Below, piece by piece: positions 37,359 through 49,076 of a stretch of 64,000 bases of DNA. Both the position numbers and the translations under genes were made by a program. Below the pieces are notes generated by a model, which saw only the letters and a program-made list of their open reading frames with translations, made no database searches and was not told the origin of the DNA. The stretch spans positions 1 through 64,000 of IMG/VR virus record IMGVR_UViG_3300043434_000734. One strand, given 5' to 3'. Within the stretch, counting starts at the first letter, position 1. Each line of letters starts with the position of its first letter. Origin of the DNA: a virus. Taxonomy: Duplodnaviria; Caudoviricetes.

Positions 37359-38603
37359 TTAAAATCCTGTTATTATTGTTTGACAACCACCTGCCGATTG
37401 AAAATAATCAGCATTAGACGGATGAAAAACTTGTCTTGTCTGACCTTCGTAACATAACCAATAATTATTTCCAGTTGCAAGTCCGGTTAATCCTAATGCT
37501 GTAAATGTAGTGGCGGTACAGAATGTTGCCGACGGGCTACCTAAATCAAAAGTATATAATAACGTTCCCGAATCCACTTGTCCAGACGTTGGTTGTGTTG
37601 ATTGTATGATTAACTTAGCTGCTGCGGTATTATTAGGTGCCGAAGCACAACTAAAATCTTGAGTTAATACTACATTGTCACTAGGTGTGTCGTTACTATC
37701 ATAAACTGTAAATGCGTATGTATTACCAACATAGTTATCTAAACTATCATATGAATATGGTAAATTATGTGGAGTATTATTTCCCGAAGGTGAAGTCATC
37801 ACAACATAATACCCCGTACCTGAACCTCCAGACGCACCGCTAATCGTAATTGTCACACCTGTTGGTGCGTATCCCACACAACTTGGAACCGCACTAAAGG
37901 TAATTGGTGTTGGTCCTGTTATAGATTCACAATCCTCACAAGTTGAATGTTCCGATGATACGGTAATTGGTGTACTCATAGAATAACCAGTTACTGCAAT
38001 TGTATAACACAAACCATTTGATCCTTTTATAATTTCACCACCAACATAATTCGAACTATATTCGATAACCTGAGTTGCAGCATTGGTTGTACCACAAGGG
38101 TAATATAAATTCCAAACCATTATTTGAGATGGTGTTGCGGTCGGTGTTACTGTAGGAGTTGGGGTTAGTGTAAACGTTGGTTCAGGCGTAATAGTTGGGG
38201 TTGGGGTCGGCGTATCTGTCGGTACTGGTGTCGCAGTTGGTGTAGGTGTTGGAGTTGGTGTACTCGTCACCGTAGGAGTTGGAGTTATAGTCGGTGTAGG
38301 TGTTGGGGTTACCGGTGTATTGATTTTTATGTAATTAAAATCTGTTCCCAATACACAACCTCCATCATTTAAATTTGTGGGAACAACTTTAATTGTTTTA
38401 ATTCCATCAGGAACAACAATATATCTACCATTTATTTGTGCTCTTGGTATGTTTGTTTGACCCGTAATTAAAAAGTAATCAGTTAAATCGTTTATTGTTT
38501 GTCCAGTACATTGTAAAATACTTCCAGTACATCCATATAAATCAACATTTAAAATTGATGCACCTAAATTTGTAAAACCTGTTAATTGTATTGTGAATGA
38601 CAT
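37359..38603 (-). CDS. Pro/Thr-linker, Cys-rich putative virion appendage protein
   Basis: TPTP tract at about 38140-38315; several small Cys-containing domains; TATTTATA 4 nt upstream. Confidence 0.7.
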   Translation of the reverse strand: MSFTIQLTGFTNLGASILNVDLYGCTGSILQCTGQTINDLTDYFLITGQTNIPRAQINGRYIVVPDGIKTIKVVPTNLNDGGCVLGTDFNYIKINTPVTPTPTPTITPTPTVTSTPTPTPTPTATPVPTDTPTPTPTITPEPTFTLTPTPTVTPTATPSQIMVWNLYYPCGTTNAATQVIEYSSNYVGGEIIKGSNGLCYTIAVTGYSMSTPITVSSEHSTCEDCESITGPTPITFSAVPSCVGYAPTGVTITISGASGGSGTGYYVVMTSPSGNNTPHNLPYSYDSLDNYVGNTYAFTVYDSNDTPSDNVVLTQDFSCASAPNNTAAAKLIIQSTQPTSGQVDSGTLLYTFDLGSPSATFCTATTFTALGLTGLATGNNYWLCYEGQTRQVFHPSNADYFQSAGGCQTIITGF

Positions 38604-38635
38604 ATCCTATAAATAGTATTATCTATAAATTAAAT

Positions 38636-38663
38636 AAAAAACCCCTTAAAATAAAGGGGTTTT
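38636..38663 (-). terminator. Intrinsic terminator
   Basis: AAAACCCCTT/AAGGGGTTTT 10-bp stem followed by U-rich sequence on the minus strand. Confidence 0.8.
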
Positions 38664-38686
38664 AAAAATCTTTATGTGTTGTAATC

Positions 38687-39214
38687 TTAACAAGGTTGTG
38701 ACCCTGCCGGATTACCAATAACCGCGGTTGATGGACTTATCGAATAAACTTCTGATAAACCTCCCAAATATCCTTCAACATAAACGAAATTATAACCAGT
38801 GTATAATATCGATAATTGTTCATCTTGATATAATGTTATAAGTTTAACTGCACTTGCCGTATAACGATTATCATAATCAAATTGTGACATATAAACAGCA
38901 TTATATACGTTAGTCCCTGGACACGTAGATGATTCGGTCAAACCAAGAATAAAAGAATTGTCTACTAAAACCCCTAACGATGATGTTGGTGTAACTGACC
39001 AATTTGTTGTCGTACTACAAGTCCCCGTACTCGCAATTGTACCTCCCGTAATGGCGTCATTAACACTATTAATCGTATAACCAGTTAGTAATTGACTTTT
39101 AGTGATTCCTGTCGCAAGTTGTGAAGTTACATCTCCACTTGTTGTTCCCGAAATATTAAATGGCCCTGCCGCTGTTGATGCCGAACCTCCTGTTAACGTA
39201 AATGTTACATTCAT
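38687..39214 (-). CDS. Thr/Ser/Gly-rich putative virion protein
   Basis: 175 aa; N-terminus resembles that of 37359-38603; TATTTATA upstream. Confidence 0.65.
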   Translation of the reverse strand: MNVTFTLTGGSASTAAGPFNISGTTSGDVTSQLATGITKSQLLTGYTINSVNDAITGGTIASTGTCSTTTNWSVTPTSSLGVLVDNSFILGLTESSTCPGTNVYNAVYMSQFDYDNRYTASAVKLITLYQDEQLSILYTGYNFVYVEGYLGGLSEVYSISPSTAVIGNPAGSQPC

Positions 39215-39256
39215 ATTTTTTTAATTCTTTTTATAAATATCTAATTATTTTTATTT

Positions 39257-42200
39257 TTATATACAATTTGGACAACTTCCCTCGTTATTGTATGACACAA
39301 ACGCTTCAACAAATTCACCGATACTAGCGTCTTGTGGATTTGAGAAATTACCGTCAGCGTAAACACAGTCATTACCATATTCAGGTAATGTTAAATATCC
39401 GAGGACAGGTAACAACGTTCCATAACTGTAGTAGTATTTCTTACCGGTTGTACAACTTGTGAATACCGTATATAATGTTGGTTCAGGATTTGGTGTTGCT
39501 GTCGGTGTAGGAGTTGGGGTAGCCGCTGGTGGTGTATATCCACAACTTACCGAATTACTTTCAATAAATGCGTTGTACGTACCACAATTACCATCGGCAT
39601 ATGTACCATATAAATCAAAAGTATCACAATATGTATTTAACAATGTTCCTTCGGATGGGCAAGGTGTTGGAGTAATTGTTGGTGTTGGAGTTGGGGTTGG
39701 TGGATTATCATTACAAGCTTGACAAGATTGTGAACGAGTTGCAACATCACCACTCATATGGAATATTTGTACATAGTTACCTTCATAAGATAACCAATAT
39801 GTGGTTGTCCCTAACAATGTAAAGTAACTAGATGTAAATGTAGTTACAGAACAGAAATTAGAATTATTACCATATACGGTTATTGTTGTACCATTATTAC
39901 ATTCACCGTAACCTGAAGGTTGTAAGTTATTTAATTTAACATTAAACGCAGGTTGTGGTGTTGGTGTTGGTGTTGGGGTATCTGTTGGTACCGGTGTTGC
40001 GGTTGGTGTTGGTGTTGGTGTTTCGGTTGGTGGTATCGGTGTACTAGTTGGTGTTGGGGTCGGCGTATCTGTCGGTACTGGTGTTGCAGTTGGTGTAGGT
40101 GTTGGAGTTGGTGGTACTGGTGTACTAGTTGGTGTTGGAGTAGGTGTTGGAGTGCTAGATACTATGATAACCTCAACATCAAAATTACAATCTATAAAAG
40201 GTGTTGCGGTAGGTGTAGGTGTGGCAGTCGGTGTTGGGGTTGGTGTACTAGTCACTACAATTGTATTCACGTCAAAGTTACAATCGGGAGTTGGGGTAGG
40301 TGTAACAGTCGCTGTCGGTGTTGGGGTAGGTGTACTTGTTATTACCTCAATGTTTACATCAAAATCACAAGTTGGAGTTGCGGTAGGAGTCGGTGTTGGT
40401 GTACCAGTCACAAAACTAACCTCCACATCAAAGTTACAATCGGGAGTTGCGGTAGGTGTTGGAGTAACTGTTATTGTTGGTGTAGGTGTTGGTGTACCTG
40501 TCACGGTTGGTGTAGGTGTTGGTGTGAACGTTGGTTCAGGTGTAGATGTAGGTGTAACTGTTGGGGTCGATGTAGGTGTAACTGTTGGCGTAGCGGTTGG
40601 CGTCCCTGTAGGTGTAACTGTTGGGGTAGGTGTTATTGTTGGAGTTGGGGTTGGGGTCGGTGGTATTTCGACATAAGACGCACCTTCATTACCACTACCA
40701 AATCTACAATCTTTTATATCATTATTACCAATTGCCGTTAATCCAAAATTTAAATAATTTTTTACCGTGCAATTATTTGGACCGTATTTAAAAGATTTAA
40801 ATTTAATTCTTTCATCTCCTTTTTCGTCAACATATATATCATATGAGATTAATGGTGCAATTTCAGTTGTACCCGTGATTCCCGAATAACCAATGGAAGT
40901 TCCATATAAATTATTATCACCAACTTTATCTCTGGTGTAACCCGAATATGTATTAATATAGTTAATAGACCCTAATATGGCTCTTTTCCATAATGACATT
41001 ATTTCGTCATAATCTGGATTTAAAGTATTATTGATTGTTTGCCCTGTATATTCCGTATCAGAAGTGTAAGTATAAAGTCTTGCACTTACATTATGTACTG
41101 TAGTGTCTCCCGAAACTAAAACATATGAATCAATAGACGCTCCAGAATAAACAACCCCATCAATTTCAAATGTTGGGTAAAATTTAATATATCCGTCGTG
41201 TTCAAATTCGCCAATTTCGTCAATTTCGATTGATAATCCAAGTTCACTATCCATCCATTTAATTTCATCTTCAAAAAATCGTGTTGATGTTTGTCCTGTA
41301 ATTTCCGGATAAACGTAATCGACAATTGTCACTGGTTGACATCCATATTGATATTTGTATTTTGATCTACCAAAAATAGTATTTTCAATTAAATTACCTC
41401 CTGTCCATAATGTTGTGGCAGGTATAATTTGTTCCAAGACTTTCGTCCAATTTGGACTCATTTTATTTACAAATTCGTTTACATCTATAAAGTTGTAAGG
41501 TGTGAATCCCGTGTGTGTAATGTAATCTCTGAATATATCTTCTAATTGAGTGTAATTCTTTTTATATTTTATTAAATTAGAATTTTTAATTTGTTGGTTT
41601 AATAAATTGTCAACATATTCAGCGAACGATACGCTATTTTGTGGCTCTAAACTATTTGTACCAAATGTTAAATTTAAATCTCTCGATTTACGATATATGT
41701 CATAATCGATTGCCTGAGATGATGAAATGTAAACATTTAAATTTTTTCTATTAAGAATCAGGTTTGAGTCGTCATTTAATATTTCACCTTTAACGTTATC
41801 AACAACACTAATTAAACCATAACCTGTATCTAAACCAGGTAATGTTCTATACATATCAAAATAATCTTCACCATACGTGAATGGACTATTCTTTGTTACT
41901 ATAGTTTTAGTTCTACCGGTCAATATCGATTTTTCATCATCCAATATTAATAATGATTTGTGATCTATGGTATTATCGTACCAACCTGATCCTTTTTGAA
42001 AAAATATATCCCCTGTAACTCCACTAATTGATTGTGGATAAAATGATAATTCCTGAACGGGATATCCATCTCTATTTAACGACGTTGTACCGGTTGTTAT
42101 TAATGGGTAATACGTGTAACCAGAATATGTTACATCGTTAATTGTCCCACCAGTAGGTAAAAAACCGACACTTATATGTTTCTTATTACCACTAATAACA

Positions 42201-43687
42201 TCATAAATTTCATCTTCCAAATCATATGATATTGGAAATGATTCAACCTTATAAACATACTGTTCAATTTTAATCATTGGTTCGGGAGCACCTAAGAATC
42301 TTAAAAAGAATTCAATAGATTTTCTTGTACCTTTTGATTTATATATGTGTGCAAGATTGACCAATAATCTTCTGTAAAATTCGTATTCGGCCTCAACTAA
42401 TGAAATACCACTTGGTTTGCCGGGATATTGTACTGTTTTAGTGTAAAGTAAATCATCAAAACTATTTTCATTTATTAAATTAACCGTGTCTAAACCTAAA
42501 GTATTTGATAGGTTTTTCAATAATATATCAGGTAAATTATTAACACCGTCATAACTTACGTTTCTCATAAACGCAATATTATCGATGTATTTTTTTACCT
42601 TATCAAAACTTTGACCATATAATTGAAAAACCGCTTCTGCCTTTTTTCCATCGGTATCGAATTCAAATAGTTGTGGTGAACTTAAAAATCTTAAAAGTAA
42701 ATTAGATTTATAATCATCAATCTCATCAGCAATATCACTTAGATTTCTAAGATAGTTATCATATTCGATACCAACAATTAATAAATTCCAATTATCTTTC
42801 GTTGAAACGGGCCAAGAATAATTAACTGTGGTTAATTCTGTTTTTGTTTCGTCGAAACTATCTCTCGGTACTTTGAAACTTGCGGTATACTTTGGTGATG
42901 TTTCTCTATTTAATAAACTTCCTTCTAAGTCATCTAAACTTAAAAAAAATTCTTCACTCACACCATCGTTTGGTCTAATTAAAATATTTTCACTATAAGT
43001 TGCGTTACCATTAAACGGGTTACCACTGACTTTTAGAGTGATAATGTTAGATGAATTTGGTTCAGTATACGTTAAAATATTATACGTAACCCCACTAAGT
43101 TCAATGACATATTTTTTATATGATGAATAGAAATCTCTTACGGGATTAACACTTGATACCGTTGTATTACTTTTTGGTCTTTTAAAAATAACATCAAAAG
43201 GATTATATAACATACCAACCTCAATATTAAACGTGGTAGTTTTTGTTTTTGTGTTATAACTCGAATTAAACGCAGTAAACCCACTTACACTAACGTAACT
43301 GTTTTTATCAACTAAAACTCCCGCTGGAAATTTTTTAATGATATTAATTAATGTAACCGATAGTCTGTTTTTTAATGAACCAAATAACGATTTACCTGAG
43401 TCATTTTTCGACCCATTAAATTTAATTTCTTTTTTTGTTGACTTAACGGATTTACCATTAATGGTTGTACCGCTTACGTTTTCTTCTTTTAAATCATCTA
43501 ATGTTAAAAAATCAGAAAAAGGATTTGTTTTAAAATTCTTAGTATCTCTTTGGACAATTCCACTGTCAAGTGCGAAGTTAGTGTTGGTCAATTGACTAGT
43601 GCCCTTGGTGATTTGACCACCAACTAAATTATCACTGAATGTATCGGCACCACTGCCCGCTTGACTTGGAACTTTATATTTTACCAT
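39257..43687 (-). CDS. Large baseplate wedge-like protein (gp7/P2 gpI-like core) with a C-terminal Pro/Thr, Cys-rich extension
   Basis: [19 protein letters not shown] resembles the P2 gpI/gp7 KGT motif; the C-terminal ~450 aa has TPTP tracts, 4x C(N/D)FDV and Cys-rich domains. Confidence 0.6.
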   Translation of the reverse strand: MVKYKVPSQAGSGADTFSDNLVGGQITKGTSQLTNTNFALDSGIVQRDTKNFKTNPFSDFLTLDDLKEENVSGTTINGKSVKSTKKEIKFNGSKNDSGKSLFGSLKNRLSVTLINIIKKFPAGVLVDKNSYVSVSGFTAFNSSYNTKTKTTTFNIEVGMLYNPFDVIFKRPKSNTTVSSVNPVRDFYSSYKKYVIELSGVTYNILTYTEPNSSNIITLKVSGNPFNGNATYSENILIRPNDGVSEEFFLSLDDLEGSLLNRETSPKYTASFKVPRDSFDETKTELTTVNYSWPVSTKDNWNLLIVGIEYDNYLRNLSDIADEIDDYKSNLLLRFLSSPQLFEFDTDGKKAEAVFQLYGQSFDKVKKYIDNIAFMRNVSYDGVNNLPDILLKNLSNTLGLDTVNLINENSFDDLLYTKTVQYPGKPSGISLVEAEYEFYRRLLVNLAHIYKSKGTRKSIEFFLRFLGAPEPMIKIEQYVYKVESFPISYDLEDEIYDVISGNKKHISVGFLPTGGTINDVTYSGYTYYPLITTGTTSLNRDGYPVQELSFYPQSISGVTGDIFFQKGSGWYDNTIDHKSLLILDDEKSILTGRTKTIVTKNSPFTYGEDYFDMYRTLPGLDTGYGLISVVDNVKGEILNDDSNLILNRKNLNVYISSSQAIDYDIYRKSRDLNLTFGTNSLEPQNSVSFAEYVDNLLNQQIKNSNLIKYKKNYTQLEDIFRDYITHTGFTPYNFIDVNEFVNKMSPNWTKVLEQIIPATTLWTGGNLIENTIFGRSKYKYQYGCQPVTIVDYVYPEITGQTSTRFFEDEIKWMDSELGLSIEIDEIGEFEHDGYIKFYPTFEIDGVVYSGASIDSYVLVSGDTTVHNVSARLYTYTSDTEYTGQTINNTLNPDYDEIMSLWKRAILGSINYINTYSGYTRDKVGDNNLYGTSIGYSGITGTTEIAPLISYDIYVDEKGDERIKFKSFKYGPNNCTVKNYLNFGLTAIGNNDIKDCRFGSGNEGASYVEIPPTPTPTPTITPTPTVTPTGTPTATPTVTPTSTPTVTPTSTPEPTFTPTPTPTVTGTPTPTPTITVTPTPTATPDCNFDVEVSFVTGTPTPTPTATPTCDFDVNIEVITSTPTPTPTATVTPTPTPDCNFDVNTIVVTSTPTPTPTATPTPTATPFIDCNFDVEVIIVSSTPTPTPTPTSTPVPPTPTPTPTATPVPTDTPTPTPTSTPIPPTETPTPTPTATPVPTDTPTPTPTPQPAFNVKLNNLQPSGYGECNNGTTITVYGNNSNFCSVTTFTSSYFTLLGTTTYWLSYEGNYVQIFHMSGDVATRSQSCQACNDNPPTPTPTPTITPTPCPSEGTLLNTYCDTFDLYGTYADGNCGTYNAFIESNSVSCGYTPPAATPTPTPTATPNPEPTLYTVFTSCTTGKKYYYSYGTLLPVLGYLTLPEYGNDCVYADGNFSNPQDASIGEFVEAFVSYNNEGSCPNCI

Positions 43688-44607
43688 TAGATATTAGTAA
43701 TTGTATCGAAATTTAATGTTTCATCAATATCTGTGCGATTCTCTCTAACTTCGTATAGAGTTTCTTGAATATCATCTTTAATTTCATAAAGATTGTATTG
43801 TCTATAGATATTGTTTTCTTTATCGTAGATTGTGTAGATACCTTCACTAACCGCCTTAGTTTGATTACCGTAAAGTGCGTTTGCTAAAGTAGAGGCATCG
43901 TGTTCGACCATATCAATCTCAATAGTTGTTGGATTAAAATATGTATTCGTTAAGATAATTTTTTGTCCAGGTAAACCAATGAATGGGACGGTATTTGGTT
44001 TATTTGATGGTGCGGATGATGGTGTTATAGTTAAAAATAAAAAATTAGTTGCACCTTCACTATATTGATATCTAACCGATTTTTGTGTTGAGCTATTTAA
44101 ATTGGCGGTAACAGGTGTACAATAAAACGAAGAGGTCACCACTTTATAGAAGTTGGTTACTTTCTTATTATCTGACGAATTAATGTATTCAATTCTATAA
44201 CCCACCAATCCTTGTGGTGTAAATTTATTTTTGTCGGCAGATGTCACATTACTAATATCAATAATTAAACCTCTAACCGATGGTAGTGACGCCAAAACAC
44301 CACAATCCATAATTGAAGTTCTAATTTGTTTTGGTCTCAAATGAAGTGTATAAATCCCTAAATCAGTAAAATCATCCGCATTTAATTTTAAATTATATAA
44401 ACCACCCAAAACCTCAACATTTTGTGCTAAGGTGTCGGTTGTTGTTCCTGAAGTTTGGTAAATAGGTGTTAAAACTTGATTCGCAGTTAATTTTTTTAAT
44501 GTAACTGTTGAGGTTGATAACCTATTTGGTACGTAATGATATAGTATCTCAACGTCATCCGGTGACACATCTGCGGGTCTAACTACTCCATATGATCCTA
44601 CTGCCAT
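43687..44607 (-). CDS. Putative tail/baseplate protein
   Basis: 306 aa in the structural block; TATTTATA upstream. Confidence 0.6.
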   Translation of the reverse strand: MAVGSYGVVRPADVSPDDVEILYHYVPNRLSTSTVTLKKLTANQVLTPIYQTSGTTTDTLAQNVEVLGGLYNLKLNADDFTDLGIYTLHLRPKQIRTSIMDCGVLASLPSVRGLIIDISNVTSADKNKFTPQGLVGYRIEYINSSDNKKVTNFYKVVTSSFYCTPVTANLNSSTQKSVRYQYSEGATNFLFLTITPSSAPSNKPNTVPFIGLPGQKIILTNTYFNPTTIEIDMVEHDASTLANALYGNQTKAVSEGIYTIYDKENNIYRQYNLYEIKDDIQETLYEVRENRTDIDETLNFDTITNI

Positions 44608-44632
44608 AATCTTTTAATTATAAATATAATTT

Positions 44633-45583
44633 TTATTGTTTTTTAACATTAAAATATCCATTTCCATAGACATCTAATTCACTCATATTATCAATTTCAC
44701 CAAGTCTTAGGTTATTTTCCATTACACCTTGTCTACCTCTTTCAACAAAAATGTCCGAATAAATCGTTGGGTCATCAATAAAACCTAAGAAATGTTCATT
44801 TCGGGTTATCATATTATTGAAGACTTCTTCTTGTGTAAAACCAGTTGTTGTTCCCGTAATCATTGTATAATTGTCAGGAAAGTCTCTATAATATAAACCA
44901 TCTATTGTATAACCCGACCAAATTGAACCGTCGGTAGTACCTGTTGACATTCCGGGTATTGTGGATGAACCATATTGTTTTAATTCATTTATTCTACTTT
45001 TACCTAATGCCATATAGGTAAAACCACTAACAGTATGACCCGTATTATTTGTGTAATCTAAATTATTAAGATAATTCTGTGTCCTACCCGATTGTAAATA
45101 ATACGTAGTATTATTCAAATACGGTAGACTTGTACCAGTATAAGTGTAAGTTCCTAATGAATCTGCTACAGTTATGTTTTGTGGTACGGTTATTTTTTTA
45201 GATATTTTTTCTTTAGTCCAAGGTGAGTCTAACGTTAAAGTAATTATATATTCCGTATTTCCCGTATATGTATGTGTTTTCGATGGCATTCCTTGTCCAA
45301 CAATACCACTATTAACCGTTAAACCTGATGTGTTTCCGTCACCCCAATTTATTGTATATGTCTGTTCAACAATTTTCCTAAGTTTATCAGGATTAACTGT
45401 GTTAAAAACCGTAATAGTTGATCCTGTTTGTGTATATGAAAAATTACATAATTGTTCAACTTGCTCCACTCCACCATCAAATGATACCAATACACCCATT
45501 TCATCTACCGTACTTTCTAAAAATATTGGTAAATTAATACTAACTCCCGTCTGTCTTAATAATGTATGTTCTATTTTTTTCAT
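44633..45583 (-). CDS. Putative structural protein with a PKD-like domain
   Basis: YTINWGDG....HTY...Y.ITLT PKD-like motif. Confidence 0.55.
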   Translation of the reverse strand: MKKIEHTLLRQTGVSINLPIFLESTVDEMGVLVSFDGGVEQVEQLCNFSYTQTGSTITVFNTVNPDKLRKIVEQTYTINWGDGNTSGLTVNSGIVGQGMPSKTHTYTGNTEYIITLTLDSPWTKEKISKKITVPQNITVADSLGTYTYTGTSLPYLNNTTYYLQSGRTQNYLNNLDYTNNTGHTVSGFTYMALGKSRINELKQYGSSTIPGMSTGTTDGSIWSGYTIDGLYYRDFPDNYTMITGTTTGFTQEEVFNNMITRNEHFLGFIDDPTIYSDIFVERGRQGVMENNLRLGEIDNMSELDVYGNGYFNVKKQ

Positions 45584-45594
45584 TTTATTTTTTA

Positions 45595-47310
45595 TTAATT
45601 TATACCGCCAGTTCCTCCACCATCACAATTATATGATAAATTCGATATTATATATCCATCGTTATCAACTTGAATTACCGAGAATTGTCCACCTGTTAAT
45701 GTATTAAATTGTGAGTCTTGTGTTACCGCATAGTATTGATTATTACCATAAAATGTTCCATAACTAGCATCCGCATAAATCCTCGTTCCAATAATAGCAT
45801 TTGCAAATGTATTTCCCTGACTCCACCATTCCCCACTTGTTACATAACCTACTTGATTTGTACAGAAATCACTCGTAGACGATAATCCTGAACTTCTATA
45901 ATACGCATATAATGCTGGTGGCGCTGTAGTTGGTGTAACCGTTGGTGTTGCCGTCGGTGTGGGTGTGGGTGTTAAAGAAGTACCGCCAGCAGTTGCCGTG
46001 GGTGTTGGTGTTGGAGTACTTGTCGCAGTAGGTGTAGGTGTAATGGATGTTCCACCAACCGTCGCAGTTGGTGTTGGGGTTGGTGTAAATGTTGGTCCAC
46101 CTGTTGGTGTTACCGTTGGTGTTGATGTGGGTGTTGGGCTTGGTGTGGGTGTCGATGTCGATTCAGGTAAACCTGTAGGTGTTGGGGTGGGTGTTCTTGT
46201 TGGTGGTATTGGTGTAGGTGTTGCAGTTGGTCCCCCTAATGTAGGTGTAGGTGTAGGTGTTGGTGTCGGTGGTGTTTCAATTAATGTTCCCCCACCAAAT
46301 TCGTAAAATTTTATAGTATCACTTATTCCATCACCAATTCTATTTCCTTTAGTACCACCACTATATGTGTAAATTTGATACTCTCTTTTAAAATTATTGA
46401 AATCGACTTGGAAATACATATCATCTTGTTCAACAACTTTATGTGATGTACTAAAAATGTTATTATTAAAATTTAATATTGATCCGTCTTTAGCATTAAA
46501 GAATCTAGCAGTCATAAAGAACGTATTCATCCCTTCAACCACATTTCTTTCATAGGTTATATTGACTTTTGGTATATCAAAAGTTTGACCCGTCATACCG
46601 TACAATATTGTGGTACCAGTTGGTAAAACAACATTATTGGTATTTTTTTGTGTATCTAAAAATAAAAATTGTGTTTGGGTCGTTCCTGTGTTATTGAACG
46701 TGTACCTATCTAAAGTTGGTACTCCCCACAAATCGGTCTCCTCTAATGCGGTTTCGTCGTCAAACCAAAACAAATACATATTCTCCTTATTCCTATAATT
46801 TGAACCCATAAAGACAGGTAAATGTATATAATAACCAAATGTATTGCCTTTGTAAAAATATTTTTCACCTAATGGTAATGAAAGATTTTTTGAAAAAACC
46901 ATTCTCCTATTTTGTCTTGTTGGTGGTTCACAAATTAATGTTGTTCCCGAAATAATAGACGGTGTTTTATAAAATTCTAACCTAAAAAAACTTTCTGTTG
47001 ATTGTCTCAACATAAATTCATTTTCCGTTGTGGTTATACCGACCGCCTCATATTCTTGAACATATGTTGAACCACTTGAGAAATAAAATTGATACCATAT
47101 ATCCGTTTGTTCAATACCTAATGCTGACGTATATGGTTTATGAATATATCTAACCGTTTCATAATTCTGTGCCGGATTAATTATATCCTTTAATATCTCA
47201 TCTTCAAATTGTGCAAGATTTTCTTGCCAACCTAAGTCAGTTTTAAAATCTTGTTCAGTATTGAGTACGATATTTAAATCGTTTGTGTTAGTTAATATTT
47301 TCATTAACAA
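45595..47310 (-). CDS. Putative structural protein with a Pro/Thr linker and terminal Cys domain
   Basis: TPTP tract at about 45925-46275; C-terminal domain with two Cys. Confidence 0.65.
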   Translation of the reverse strand: MLMKILTNTNDLNIVLNTEQDFKTDLGWQENLAQFEDEILKDIINPAQNYETVRYIHKPYTSALGIEQTDIWYQFYFSSGSTYVQEYEAVGITTTENEFMLRQSTESFFRLEFYKTPSIISGTTLICEPPTRQNRRMVFSKNLSLPLGEKYFYKGNTFGYYIHLPVFMGSNYRNKENMYLFWFDDETALEETDLWGVPTLDRYTFNNTGTTQTQFLFLDTQKNTNNVVLPTGTTILYGMTGQTFDIPKVNITYERNVVEGMNTFFMTARFFNAKDGSILNFNNNIFSTSHKVVEQDDMYFQVDFNNFKREYQIYTYSGGTKGNRIGDGISDTIKFYEFGGGTLIETPPTPTPTPTPTLGGPTATPTPIPPTRTPTPTPTGLPESTSTPTPSPTPTSTPTVTPTGGPTFTPTPTPTATVGGTSITPTPTATSTPTPTPTATAGGTSLTPTPTPTATPTVTPTTAPPALYAYYRSSGLSSTSDFCTNQVGYVTSGEWWSQGNTFANAIIGTRIYADASYGTFYGNNQYYAVTQDSQFNTLTGGQFSVIQVDNDGYIISNLSYNCDGGGTGGIN

Positions 47311-49076
47311 ATAATTTGATTATTAAATCCGGTTAATCCGTCAGTTTTATTGTTATATCCTTGTTCGTTTCTTAAATAAAAATTTATATCTGTTGCCACA
47401 TAATGCATATCATTTATATATGGAAATTTAGTTCCATTACCTTCTTGATCAACAAAACCGTGGTCGTACACATCTCTCCATTTCCAAACCTTATTTTCAC
47501 TATCAAATATTGTGTTCTCAGGCAGATTTATTAATTCTTCTCTTTTTAATTTTGACGTTTCTAAATAAGGTGATAATTGCCTTAATTTAATTCTGTGATG
47601 TGGTTGATAATAATAACCAACCGGATTACTCATATCTTGTCCGTGGTCAAAAAATGGTATTGTACCATCTAAAGTTTCCCTATGTGAAAATCTATGAAAT
47701 GCCTCACTAACAATTCTTTCTTTTAATTCCTTTTCGTTGTACTCAACAAATGCACCAGTTAATACAGTACCTAATGGTAATGTTGTTCCACCAGTAAATG
47801 TTATTCCCGAATACGATGATGTATTTGAATTAAATGTAGTTGTACTAATAGATGTTTCAATGGCGGTGGTACCACTAAATTGATTATCGAGCCAATCATT
47901 GTGAAAATTAAATTTATAACCGACTTTTGGTGGATATGTAAAATACCCATTCCCATTTCTCAAAATCATCGTAGCATAAACTTCAGTGGGTGTGTATTTT
48001 AAATTATTAGTGATACCCGATAAAACAAATGTCTTTTTAAAATCAAATAAAACCGATTCAGGTCTATTTCTTTCAACTAACACGTCGTTTTCTTTTAATG
48101 CACTTTCAAATAAAATTTTTCTTTCATTTTCCCAAATTGGTGATTCAAAACCAACTTTATCTAATATATAATCTTCTTCAGTTGTTAATGTCTTATGTTT
48201 ATGTACATAATAAGATGAGGTGCTACCCGTTATATTATTTAAATCTAAACACCTTTTACCTAGTGCAAATATTGTACCACTTAGATTATAATTTGTTTCA
48301 AATTCACTTTTTAAAATGTTTATAACATAATTTTTTGAATTATATATTTCATTACCTACGTTATCAATATAAAATGTTCTACCACTAACCGCAACTGAAT
48401 TTGTTAATGTACCACCCGATAAAATGATATATTCACCAGATTTCATACCGTGTTCAATTGGTGATGTTAATGTATAATAATTACCATTATCTTCTACCCT
48501 AAATGGTATACCGTCACCGGCCGTAAATGAATATGTTGTTCCACCTGAAAACGTATATTTCATTGGAAAAGTAGAATCTTGGTCATTAACATATGTTAAA
48601 TAAAGATTCCAATTTTTATATGGTGCTTGGATTGGTGTGATAGATGTGTGACCCGTATAACGTCCTCCTGTAAGTTGGACTTGTGGAACGAACGTACCTA
48701 ATGTGGTACCTGTTACTGTAATGTTTTCTTCTCTTAATACGTCATTTCTAAGTAATGCAAATTCATTATAAGGAACAAAACCTTTTTTATTGGTACTATT
48801 GCCATCGTCAGTTAAATAAAAATTCTTTAATAGTGGTGTATACTCAGTTGTACCCGAATACATATTTCTAAAAATCATTTTTATTTTACCAAATATTTTA
48901 TAACGTTTACTTTCATTTCTTTCATCATCGAATAAAGTTGGTAAATCCAAAAGGATGTCTCTCTCACCTTGTCTCATTAACACACTATCACCCTCTAATT
49001 TTACATTAAGTGTTAAATCTTCTTCTCTCGCCTTAAAGTACCTTTTACTTGGTAATAGTATTTCTTTTTTTTCCAT
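47304..49076 (-). CDS. Putative tail/baseplate protein
   Basis: 590 aa, coupled to its neighbours in the structural block. Confidence 0.6.
   Translation of the reverse strand: MEKKEILLPSKRYFKAREEDLTLNVKLEGDSVLMRQGERDILLDLPTLFDDERNESKRYKIFGKIKMIFRNMYSGTTEYTPLLKNFYLTDDGNSTNKKGFVPYNEFALLRNDVLREENITVTGTTLGTFVPQVQLTGGRYTGHTSITPIQAPYKNWNLYLTYVNDQDSTFPMKYTFSGGTTYSFTAGDGIPFRVEDNGNYYTLTSPIEHGMKSGEYIILSGGTLTNSVAVSGRTFYIDNVGNEIYNSKNYVINILKSEFETNYNLSGTIFALGKRCLDLNNITGSTSSYYVHKHKTLTTEEDYILDKVGFESPIWENERKILFESALKENDVLVERNRPESVLFDFKKTFVLSGITNNLKYTPTEVYATMILRNGNGYFTYPPKVGYKFNFHNDWLDNQFSGTTAIETSISTTTFNSNTSSYSGITFTGGTTLPLGTVLTGAFVEYNEKELKERIVSEAFHRFSHRETLDGTIPFFDHGQDMSNPVGYYYQPHHRIKLRQLSPYLETSKLKREELINLPENTIFDSENKVWKWRDVYDHGFVDQEGNGTKFPYINDMHYVATDINFYLRNEQGYNNKTDGLTGFNNQIIC

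Noticed and set aside
39459-46306. Plus-strand ORFs including the 262-aa Cys/Trp/Arg-rich ORF at 39953-40741
   Set aside because: Antisense translations of TPTP tracts; no independent start context or domain.
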